Below, piece by piece: positions 1 to 8,381 of a stretch of DNA of 64,000 nucleotides. The notes under the pieces were generated by a model, which was not told the origin of the DNA, searched no databases, and saw only the letters and a list, made by a program, of their open reading frames with translations. Every line of letters starts with the position of its first letter. Position 1 is the first letter of the stretch. Both the position numbers and the translations under genes were made by a program. Where the stretch lies: assembly GCA_023425865.1 (NCBI GenBank), contig JAFABV010000054.1, positions 36,337 through 100,336 on the forward strand. The letters run 5' to 3'. The stretch comes from Bacteroidota bacterium (GTDB lineage: Bacteria > Bacteroidota > Bacteroidia > Bacteroidales > Bacteroidaceae).

Positions 1-2287
1 TCCAAAGGAATGAGAGGTTGGCTCCAATGCTATACTTGAAGTCTTTGCCAATGCGGTCGTTCCAGTTGAGCGACACGTCAAAGCCCTCGTTGAGAATCTT
101 ACCATAGTTGCCGGCCAGCACGTCGTTGCTGAAGGGCAGACGGGGAGAGATGACAGCATGTTTTGTCATGCGGTGGAAATAGTCGACATCCATGTTCAGG
201 CGGCTCTGGAGTGTGGAGAGATTGAAGCCGAAATTGGTCTCCTCTACCTGCTCCCACTGCAACCAACTGAAATAAGAGTTGTTTTGGTAGCCGGGGAAGA
301 TGGTGTTGCCATACACACCCGAGGCCGAGTTGCCAGTAGAGATATTGGCAAAACCGTCGCTGGCAGCCACATGGTCGTTGCCGAGCTTGCCCCAGCTGGC
401 GCGCAGCTTCAGGTATTCTATAACGCTCTGGTTCTTCATCCAAGGCTCTTCAGACACTACCCACGAAGCGCCTACAGAGGGGAAGTAGCCCCACTTTTCC
501 TGATACTTTGATGAGCCGTCGGCACGCATGGTGAACATCAGATAGTATTTGCCGGCATAGTCGTAGTTGAGGCGGGCAAAGTATGAAAGGCCGCGATAGG
601 TGTTACCGTCGTCGGTAAGGGTAATGCCCTTTGAGTCGCCCTTGTTGAGATACCAGTACTCTTCCTTGCCTTCGGGCACATTGCTGGCGGTGCCTTTCAG
701 CAGGCGGTATTTCTCCTGGCGCATAGACACGCCGAGCATGGCGCCATAGTTGTGCTTGCCCGTGCTGTTCTTGAATGTCAGCGTGTTGTCCCAAATGTAA
801 TTGTCATAGTGGGTGGTAGACTTCTCTAAACTGGAAGCCGTCATCTGCTGCCAGCTGCTTACATAGTACGTCGGGGTGAACACACGGCCTTCGATGCTCT
901 GGTAGTTGTAGTTGATGTTGGTCTTGAACCAGAGTTTCTCAGGTATAAAGTTGAACTGGGCATACATGTTTGTCATGAACTGACGATTGTCGTTCTGTGA
1001 GTTGTAGTAGTTGGCTGTAGCCACAGGGTTGTAGAAGTTGCTGGTGAAACCAATGGTGGCGGGAGACGCATATTGCTCGGGTTTGGCCTCGGCATTGTTT
1101 TCATCGTACACCGGATAGATGCCCGGAGAGTTGAAGGCCATGCGCCACGCTTGGTTGTTGGGGAGTACCTGCTTTGAACGGCTGAATACCCCGCTGAAGC
1201 CAACCTTCAGCCAGTTGGTGGCATCGTAGTCTACCGCGGCGCGGATGTTCATGCGGTCGTATTTGTTGTCAGTGTCCATGATTCCGTCTTGGTGTAGGTA
1301 GCTGGCTCCCATGGAGTAGGTGGCCTTCTCGCTACCGCCGCTGATGCCTACACTATGGCTTGTGATGAGGGCAGAGCGCAGCAGCTCATTGTACCAGTCG
1401 GTATCGCTGCCAAAGGTCCAGTTATGGAAGTCGGCATTGGCATAACTGCCGCCATAGTGGTCGATAGACGACTTGATGACCGGTGCGTAGGCGTCATAAT
1501 TGGCTTCTAACAGCATGGTGGCATATTGCTGCGAGTTGGCCATCTTCAGCACGTTGGTGGCCTGCTGTACACCCACATAAGCGTCGTAGGTGATCTTGGC
1601 CTTCTGATTCTTCACACCTTTCTTGGTGGTGATGATGACCACGCCGTTGGCGGCGCGCACGCCATAGATGGCGGCCGCGGAGGCGTCTTTCAGGATCGAC
1701 ATCTCCTGAATGTCATTATTATCCAAAAAATTGATGTCGTCGTAGAACATACCATCTACTACATACAGTGGTGAGCTGTTGGCAAAGGAGCCCGCGCCAC
1801 GAATGCGCACCGTGGGACCCGCACCGGGGGTACCTGCGCTGATGACGTTCACGCCGGCCACCTTGCCTTGCAGGGCGGTCATGGCTGAAGTAGAAGGGGT
1901 GGAGGTGAGTTGCTCGGCCTTGATCACCGAGATGGGGGAGGTGAGGTCTTTGGCCTTGGCAGAGCCATAACCAATGACCACGACATCATCGAGATTCTTA
2001 AAGTCGTCCTCAAGAGTCACGTTCATCGTTGACGAGGCTTTCAGCTGGCGGGTCTTCATGCCCACGTAGGTAAACTCAAGCGTGGCCGACGGTGATATGT
2101 TATCAATGGTATATTCTCCATTGAGATCGGTAACAGCACCTTTGGAAGTTCCTTCTACCTTGATGGTAACACCAGGGAGTGGAAAGCCTTCCTTGTCCAC
2201 TACAGTGCCTTTGACAGTCTGGGTCTGTGCCATGACAGACTGACCCACTATCGCGGCAAACAGTAACATTGAAAGTTTTTGCTTCAT
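1..2287 (-). CDS. SusC-like TonB-dependent outer-membrane transporter, N-terminal ~760 aa (C-terminus runs off the window)
   Basis: Absent from the ORF track because it has no stop in the window. Own translation from ATG at 2287: MKQKLSMLLFAAIVGQSVMAQTQTVKGTVVDKEGFPLPGVTIKVEGTSKGAVTDLNGEYTI, then NLDDVVVIGYGSAKAKDLTSPISVI (carboxypeptidase-regulatory-like domain plus plug region typical of SusC/RagA). The frame is open down to position 2 (...DRIGKDFKYSIGANLSFLW). Confidence 0.9.
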   Translation of the reverse strand, partial: MKQKLSMLLFAAIVGQSVMAQTQTVKGTVVDKEGFPLPGVTIKVEGTSKGAVTDLNGEYTIDNISPSATLEFTYVGMKTRQLKASSTMNVTLEDDFKNLDDVVVIGYGSAKAKDLTSPISVIKAEQLTSTPSTSAMTALQGKVAGVNVISAGTPGAGPTVRIRGAGSFANSSPLYVVDGMFYDDINFLDNNDIQEMSILKDASAAAIYGVRAANGVVIITTKKGVKNQKAKITYDAYVGVQQATNVLKMANSQQYATMLLEANYDAYAPVIKSSIDHYGGSYANADFHNWTFGSDTDWYNELLRSALITSHSVGISGGSEKATYSMGASYLHQDGIMDTDNKYDRMNIRAAVDYDATNWLKVGFSGVFSRSKQVLPNNQAWRMAFNSPGIYPVYDENNAEAKPEQYASPATIGFTSNFYNPVATANYYNSQNDNRQFMTNMYAQFNFIPEKLWFKTNINYNYQSIEGRVFTPTYYVSSWQQMTASSLEKSTTHYDNYIWDNTLTFKNSTGKHNYGAMLGVSMRQEKYRLLKGTASNVPEGKEEYWYLNKGDSKGITLTDDGNTYRGLSYFARLNYDYAGKYYLMFTMRADGSSKYQEKWGYFPSVGASWVVSEEPWMKNQSVIEYLKLRASWGKLGNDHVAASDGFANISTGNSASGVYGNTIFPGYQNNSYFSWLQWEQVEETNFGFNLSTLQSRLNMDVDYFHRMTKHAVISPRLPFSNDVLAGNYGKILNEGFDVSLNWNDRIGKDFKYSIGANLSFLW

Positions 2288-2485
2288 TGATTTTAGGTTT
2301 TTATGATTTAACGTATGATGTTGCAAATTAAAGAAGATTTAGCCAATAGTACGAATATTAAGATACGCTACTACTACTTTTCGCCCTCATCGTACTACGA
2401 TATTACTACGACATGGTTATCAACTGATTGATTATCAGTAGATAAAAAAGAAGAAAAAATATTAGGTAGTTTGGTCTAAATCTAT

Positions 2486-2493
2486 TACATTTG
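2486..2493 (+). promoter_or_regulatory. Candidate Bacteroidetes -7 box (TAnnTTTG = TACATTTG) for the sensor-regulator gene
   Basis: Motif match 17 nt upstream of the ATG at 2510. A TTTG lies at 2470-2473, but the spacing is shorter than the usual -33/-7 distance. Confidence 0.25.
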
Positions 2494-2509
2494 TTGTCAA
2501 AAGATAACA

Positions 2510-5359
2510 TTGCCCATGCTTATTCGGCATTTACATGCACTCATTGCGTTCATTTTGACAGGTTTGGGGCTCGGAACGGCCCATGCCTCTACGATAGATT
2601 TCATGCCTATCGTGTCTAATTTCTCACAGGCGGTTTACGGGGGAGGATTGCAAAACTGGTCGGTTACACAGTCGGCCACCGGACAAGTTTACTTTGGTAA
2701 CCAAAAGGGGCTTCTCTCCTTCGACGGTTACCAGTGGAACACATACAGTCTGCCGAGTCATACCATCGTGCGTTCGGTGCTTGCGGATGGCGATCGCATA
2801 TACGTGGGCTCGTATACCGACTTCGGGTATTTCAGGCGCGACCGCGCGGGCCGTTACCAATACACTTCGTTATGGCCAAAGGGGTATCAGGCCCATGAAG
2901 ATGAGATTTGGAAAATCATCAAGGCTCCCAATGGGCACATTTATTTTCAGTCGTTTTGCTCTTGGTTTGATTATGATGGGCAGAAAACGACGGCGCACTA
3001 TGACGCGCGCCACCTGCCGCTGCATTTTTTCAAGGTCAACAACCGCATCTACGCGCAGATGATCAATGATGGGGTATATGTGTTGCAGGGTAATCGATAC
3101 GTGCCCTTCCTGTCGCGTCAAGCCTTTAACAATGACGATGTCGTAGGTATGGTGGCGCTCAAGCATGGCGGCATTTTGGCCGTGACGTCGAAGAGCGGGC
3201 TATACCTCTATCAACATGGGAAACTGGAACGGTGGGCCACTACGCTTGACAGTGACCTCAGGCAATTCCAGCCCAACAACGCCACTCTTCTATCACCCAC
3301 TACATTGGTCATCGGTACCATTCTCAATGGCATCTATGCCTTGGACTTGAACACTGGTCAGACGCTATGGCACTATAATCTGGCCAACAGTTTGCGAAAC
3401 AATACGGTTTTAGGACTCTACGTAGACAAGGGCGGCAATGTGTGGGCCGCGCTCGACAATGGCATCTCTGTCATTCATTCAGGACTTCCGCTCACGGTGA
3501 TGCGCACTGACCAGTTGGGCCTTCCCATTGGCATGGTGTATGATATCTGTAAGGCCGGTGACAACCTGTATATTGCCACCAACCAGTCGCTGTGGCAATA
3601 CCTGACGGCATCTAAGGAGTTGCGGCAAGTGAAAAATACCAATGGGCAGAACTGGTATGTCAAGGCATTGGGGCAACGTATATGGGTGGGACATAACCTG
3701 TCTACACTGGCCGTGACGGGCGACGTGGTCGCCGCTGTACCCGGAAGTAATGAGGGAAGCACGATGATGAAGTCGTATCATGTCAACGGAGAGGAGGCGC
3801 TGATCGAGTCGGGGTATAACGGTCTGAATGTCTATCGGCGACAAAACGGTGAATGGTCGGCAGCCCATAAGGTGCGTGGATTTCAGGCACCCATACTCGA
3901 ATTTGAGATTGACAATAGCGGAACTATCTGGGCAGCGCATTTCAGTAAGGGAATCTATAAGATAGACTTGTCGGATGACCTGACGACGGTGGCTGATATC
4001 AGGTATTTTGGTTCTCCCACCAAGGAAGGCATACACAGTCAGATGCACGTCATGAAGATTAGGGGAAGGGTGGTGTTTTCTTATCAAGGAAGCCTTTATA
4101 CCTATGATGACCTGCATGGTAAGATTGTGCCCTATCAGGTCAACAGTCCGCGCTTCCCGCGGAATGTCATATCGACGGCAGTGGTAGACAACTCTTCCCT
4201 GTGGACGGCTGACAACGCGTCTTTCTCGCTATTCCACTACGATGGTGGTCAATATCGTCGCATGGCCTGCTTCCCTTATAAGTTATTCGGATTGGATGTC
4301 AACACCAATGGCGTGGCACAGTATGTCAGTGGTGAGGAGACTTACTTCTTTCTCAATAACGGAATAGGCAGATACCGTATGAAGGCGAATAAGACGCGTG
4401 CGGTGAAATACCCGTTGACTATCGTCAGCGTATCGAGTATCAAGTCGGATAATGAGAAAGTGGAGCTGTCGTGCGCGGGAGATGACGATAACGTGATTCA
4501 GTCAGACAATATTCGCCTCGTGTTGTCTTATCCCAACTACGACAGTCAACTGATCACTTTCAGATACAAGCTTCGTAAACAGGGAAAGGATGTAGAGGCG
4601 GTACAAGACAATCCCGTCATCACCTTTAACAGTTTGGGATATGGAAGTTATACCTGTGAGCTGGAAGCAGTTTCGGTGGATGGGGAAGTTCTTGCCCGGA
4701 CAAGTTATCAATTTGAGCATGCGGTGCCATGGTACCTCTCTATCTGGGCTTTTGCCCTGTATGTGCTGGTAGGCTTCCTTGTCATTAGGAAATATGTGCA
4801 GTGGCACACGCGCAAAATCGTAGAGCGAAACCGGCATGAGGCAGAGGAAGAACTCATGCGACAAAACCTGAAGGTGCTCGAACAGAAGCAGATTATCGCG
4901 GCACAACAGCAGATTATCATGGAGAACGAGCTGACGAGCAAGAGCAAGGAACTGGCTACCATGGCATTCAAGATGGCTGTGCAGAAAGATAAGTCGGAGG
5001 TGTTGCGAGAGGGATTGCTGGAAAAGAAGCGAAAGGGAATATTGACAGACAAGGATTTCAAGGAGTTGATTACCACCGCCGAGGGCGAAGATTCTGAAGA
5101 AGTATGGAATATCTTCCAGCAGAACTTCGACCTCATTCACCAAAACTTCTTCAGGAATCTCAGGACGAAATATCCCGACCTGACCGCTACTGACCTGAAG
5201 TTTTGCGCGCTGTTGCGGCTCAATCTCAACACCAAGGAAATCGCCAAGAACACCAACCTCACCATCAGGGGTGTGGAGGGTGCCCGCTATAGACTGAGAA
5301 AGAAACTGGGTATCAAGAACGACCAGTCGCTTACCGAGTTTCTGATTGACCTGAAGTGA
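2510..5359 (+). CDS. Transmembrane sensor-regulator: periplasmic two-component-regulator propeller repeats + Y_Y_Y domain, one TM helix, coiled coil, C-terminal LuxR/GerE-type HTH
   Basis: 949-aa ORF. Signal/anchor at the N-terminus. Propeller-type repeats (e.g. NNTVLGLYVDKGGNVWAALDNGISVI). Y_Y_Y-like segment (ITFNSLGYGSYTCELEAVSVDGEV). TM helix WYLSIWAFALYVLVGFLVI. C-terminus LTATDLKFCALLRLNLNTKEIAKNTNLTIRGVEGARYRLRKKLGI. I saw no HisKA/HATPase or receiver motifs. Confidence 0.85.
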   Translation: MPMLIRHLHALIAFILTGLGLGTAHASTIDFMPIVSNFSQAVYGGGLQNWSVTQSATGQVYFGNQKGLLSFDGYQWNTYSLPSHTIVRSVLADGDRIYVGSYTDFGYFRRDRAGRYQYTSLWPKGYQAHEDEIWKIIKAPNGHIYFQSFCSWFDYDGQKTTAHYDARHLPLHFFKVNNRIYAQMINDGVYVLQGNRYVPFLSRQAFNNDDVVGMVALKHGGILAVTSKSGLYLYQHGKLERWATTLDSDLRQFQPNNATLLSPTTLVIGTILNGIYALDLNTGQTLWHYNLANSLRNNTVLGLYVDKGGNVWAALDNGISVIHSGLPLTVMRTDQLGLPIGMVYDICKAGDNLYIATNQSLWQYLTASKELRQVKNTNGQNWYVKALGQRIWVGHNLSTLAVTGDVVAAVPGSNEGSTMMKSYHVNGEEALIESGYNGLNVYRRQNGEWSAAHKVRGFQAPILEFEIDNSGTIWAAHFSKGIYKIDLSDDLTTVADIRYFGSPTKEGIHSQMHVMKIRGRVVFSYQGSLYTYDDLHGKIVPYQVNSPRFPRNVISTAVVDNSSLWTADNASFSLFHYDGGQYRRMACFPYKLFGLDVNTNGVAQYVSGEETYFFLNNGIGRYRMKANKTRAVKYPLTIVSVSSIKSDNEKVELSCAGDDDNVIQSDNIRLVLSYPNYDSQLITFRYKLRKQGKDVEAVQDNPVITFNSLGYGSYTCELEAVSVDGEVLARTSYQFEHAVPWYLSIWAFALYVLVGFLVIRKYVQWHTRKIVERNRHEAEEELMRQNLKVLEQKQIIAAQQQIIMENELTSKSKELATMAFKMAVQKDKSEVLREGLLEKKRKGILTDKDFKELITTAEGEDSEEVWNIFQQNFDLIHQNFFRNLRTKYPDLTATDLKFCALLRLNLNTKEIAKNTNLTIRGVEGARYRLRKKLGIKNDQSLTEFLIDLK

Positions 5360-5365
5360 CGGACG

Positions 5366-6268
5366 TCAATGTGCTTTTTGTGATGCGGCTGTCACCATCC
5401 ACGCGCTGGCCAATACCAGGATGAGGGCTACGGGTTTGTCCCAGGTAAGGCTGTCTTGCCCGATGGCAATAGCCACAAAGGAGGCAACGATAGGTTGCAG
5501 GTTTGTGTACACGCTTACCGTGGTGGCCTGAAGATGGCGCATGGCGAAGGGTATGGCAAAATAGCCGGCCACGGTGGCAAAGATGACGATGAATGCCATC
5601 TCCAAGGCTCCGCTCCATTCCCACGCGCCGTTATACAGCGGAGCTGTCTGCAAGTCGTGCCAAGAGAAAGGCAGCACAGCGACCGTAGACACCAAAAACA
5701 CCCATTTCATCTGTGTCACGGGAGTATATTTGGGCGACACCTTGCGCGTGATGATGAGGTACACGGCCCATGTCATCAGGCTGAGCACGGCCAATCCAAT
5801 GCCTAACAGGTCGTTGCTGCCCTTGCCTCCTTGCCATCCCATCACCACCATGAGCAAGGCACCGGCGATGCCGACTAACACACCGATGATGCCACGTGTG
5901 GTGAGGCGCTCGCCAATGAGGAGGGTCGCGCAGAGCAATGTAGCGACGGGGGTGAGGGTGGCAATGACGCTGAAATATACAGGACTTGTAAAATGCAGTG
6001 CCCAGGCGGTAAGTGTCTGTGAGACGACAAAGCCTAACAGTCCGCCCAGCATGATGACCAAGAGGTCACGACGCTCGACATGCTCCTTGGGCATCCATAG
6101 CGAGAGCAGCCAGAAAATGGCCGCGGCACCGATGCAGCGAGTGGCCATATAAGCCATGGGTGACACCCATTGGTCGAGCAAGAGTTTGGTAACTGGTATG
6201 CCAAGTCCGAAAATCACGTTGGCCAACAGCACGGCGGCGTGGCCTTCTATTTTTGTTCTTTCCATCAT
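5366..6268 (-). CDS. EamA/DMT-family permease
   Basis: 300-aa ORF, about 10 hydrophobic helices arranged as two repeats, typical drug/metabolite transporter composition. Confidence 0.8.
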   Translation of the reverse strand: MMERTKIEGHAAVLLANVIFGLGIPVTKLLLDQWVSPMAYMATRCIGAAAIFWLLSLWMPKEHVERRDLLVIMLGGLLGFVVSQTLTAWALHFTSPVYFSVIATLTPVATLLCATLLIGERLTTRGIIGVLVGIAGALLMVVMGWQGGKGSNDLLGIGLAVLSLMTWAVYLIITRKVSPKYTPVTQMKWVFLVSTVAVLPFSWHDLQTAPLYNGAWEWSGALEMAFIVIFATVAGYFAIPFAMRHLQATTVSVYTNLQPIVASFVAIAIGQDSLTWDKPVALILVLASAWMVTAASQKAH

Positions 6269-6470
6269 GGGGCAAAGTTAGAAATATTTTGACGGCGGGG
6301 CAAATATTCTCGCCTTTTATCTAAGATTGTGGGTGGCTTTCCCCCTCGTTTACCTTTATTTTCCTTATTTTTGCAAAATGGCAGTTGCGCTGCGCAAAGG
6401 CGCAGGCTCGGCCTGGACAGGCGCGGACCGTGTGGGTCCACGGCTGTCATCATCACATACAAGATAAACC

Positions 6471-7679
6471 ATGCGACAGATCATCAATCATTTTACCGAC
6501 GACGACCTTTATAAGTTCTCTATGTGCTGTGCCGTCATCGACAATTATCCCCGTGCCCAAGTGAAATACGCCTTCGTCGACCGGCACAACACCACGTACC
6601 CGAAGGGTTTCGACCAACTGGTGAGAGACCAGGTGAAGATGCTGGAGGAGGTGGTCATCACCGATGAGGAAATAGAGTTCATGAAAGAGAAATGCGCTTA
6701 TATTCCCCATTGGTTTTATACGTACATGAAAGGTTTTAGGTATCAAGCAGAATGGGTAGACGTGCGCCAAGACGAGGAAGGCCACCTGAGCATCGTGTTT
6801 GAGGGAAACTGGTCGGACACCATTCTGCTGGAGGTGAAGGTGCTGGCCATCATCTCAGAACTGTATTATATGGTGACAGGCCAGGACGAGCGGTTCGACT
6901 ACGACGACTACTACCAGCGGTCTTACCGCAAGGCTGAGAAACTGCTGGGGGCGGGGTGCATATACTCGGATTTCGGCACACGGCGGCGGGCGTCGTTCGA
7001 GGCCGAGGACACCGCCGTGCGGGCTTTCCGCGACTGCCAGCAATCGCGCGCCGACTGGGCGGGTCGGTTTGTGGGCACGAGCAACGTGTATATCGCCATG
7101 AAGCATGGGCTCACGCCGGTGGGCACCATGGCGCATGAGTTTGTGTGTGCCATAGGTGGCATGTTTGGGCCGCAGATGGCCAACCACCTGGCCATGAACG
7201 CCTGGCGCAACACCTTCCGCGGGGCACTGGGAACCTATCTCTACGACAGCTACGGCTGGGAGATCTTTGCGCTCAACTTCTCGGAAGACTTCGCCAACCT
7301 CTTCAAGGGGCTTCGGGTTGACAGTGGCGACAACCGGCATGAGCTGCAGCGTATCGTGGAGAAATACCAGTCGTTAGGCATCGACTCGCGCACCAAGCAG
7401 GTGATCTTCTCGAACGCGCTCACCACCGACGATGCCATCGCCATTCAGCAGTATGCCAAGGAACTGTGCCAGCCGTCGTATGGCATCGGCACGCATTTCA
7501 CCAACGACTTCCCGGGGGTGCAGCCCATGAACACGGTCATCAAGCTGGTGGCGGTGAAGATCACCGAGGCATGGCCGTTCTATAACGACACGTGTAAGCT
7601 GTCGGAGGATACGGGCAAGCATACCGGCAAGCCCGAGGTGGTGCGGCGGTTTATGGAGGCACTGCATATCGAAGCGTGA
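6471..7679 (+). CDS. pncB: Nicotinate phosphoribosyltransferase
   Basis: 402-aa ORF. N-terminal DDLYKFSM motif, and length and overall pattern typical of PncB (…GTRRRAS…, …VGTSNV…, …GTMAHEF…). Confidence 0.85.
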   Translation: MRQIINHFTDDDLYKFSMCCAVIDNYPRAQVKYAFVDRHNTTYPKGFDQLVRDQVKMLEEVVITDEEIEFMKEKCAYIPHWFYTYMKGFRYQAEWVDVRQDEEGHLSIVFEGNWSDTILLEVKVLAIISELYYMVTGQDERFDYDDYYQRSYRKAEKLLGAGCIYSDFGTRRRASFEAEDTAVRAFRDCQQSRADWAGRFVGTSNVYIAMKHGLTPVGTMAHEFVCAIGGMFGPQMANHLAMNAWRNTFRGALGTYLYDSYGWEIFALNFSEDFANLFKGLRVDSGDNRHELQRIVEKYQSLGIDSRTKQVIFSNALTTDDAIAIQQYAKELCQPSYGIGTHFTNDFPGVQPMNTVIKLVAVKITEAWPFYNDTCKLSEDTGKHTGKPEVVRRFMEALHIEA

Positions 7680-7841
7680 AGCGAGACCAGAAGGACAGAA
7701 TATGGAAGGATGGAAGAGGAAAAGGAGAAACAAAGCCGGCCGCAAGGCTGCCGGCTGGAGAAGCATGCGTCGATGCTCCGCCGGTGTGAGAGTCACGACT
7801 ATATCGCGCGCTGCTTTTATATGGTGACGATGGCCACCGAA

Positions 7842-8300
7842 GGGCGTTGGGATAAGATGAGCATGCAAACAGTTCCCGGCTGTCACTGTCGTTTGCCCCT
7901 GTAAGACAGAAAGCTGTCGCCTCTCCTGCGGCGTTGCGCAGCCAGGGTAACTTGTCCCCCGTGACACCAGCCCCATGTATCAGTATCCACATACCCTCCG
8001 TGGCGTCTTGTCCAAGCCACCTTCCTGGCCACGGTTACCACTCTGCACGTCGCCCCTTCTCCATGCCTACGTCCAACCGTTCGCACGTGACAGTCCGATA
8101 ATTCTATATGAAACCATCCGGTAATTCTATATGAAACCATCCGATAATTCTATATAAAACCATCCGATGGTTCTATATAAAACCATCATATCATTCTATA
8201 TAGAATCATCCGATGACTTGGGGCTTCTCATTTAGCCCGCCCGCCCTTGCCATAGGCGCGGAAGGCGGTTGAAACGGCAGCTTGGGGGCTCATAACTGCC
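7842..8300 (+). mobile_element. MITE-like repeat element, copy A (left inverted repeat degenerate, right end missing)
   Basis: Colinear nucleotide similarity to 36052-36367 and to the reverse complement of 21171-21698. Contains the 23-bp unit array 8095-8209. No credible ORF. Confidence 0.55.
8095..8209 (+). repeat. Tandem array, 5 x 23-bp units (CCGATAATTCTATATGAAACCAT type; last unit carries the palindrome ATTCTATATAGAAT)
   Basis: Directly read head-to-tail 23-nt periodicity. Confidence 0.85.
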
Positions 8301-8381
8301 ATCTATGCCAATGACCCGACAACGGCTGATGATGATATAAACCAAGCCCGCCGTCACCGCCTTTGGCCATCCTGTATCTGC

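Noticed and set aside
7734-7756. Hairpin AGCCGGC-N9-GCCGGCT after pncB as a terminator
   Set aside because: The stem is only 7 bp, the loop is long and no T-tract follows. Too weak to call.
7883-8140. Conserved-looking small ORFs inside the repeat element (7883-8140 minus, 21392-21643 plus, 36012-36197 minus; MVSYRITGWFHIE…RRHG.GATC…)
   Set aside because: Their similarity simply reflects the repeated DNA. Each starts inside the 23-bp tandem units. Differences between copies hit all codon positions and change residues and length freely, and the composition is Trp/Arg/Gly-rich. Treated as non-coding.
8095-8209. Tandem 23-bp arrays (also 21346-21437, 36152-36266, 48698-48789) as possible CRISPR arrays
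   Set aside because: The units are directly adjacent with no unique spacers, the unit is shorter than typical CRISPR repeats, and no cas genes are in the window.
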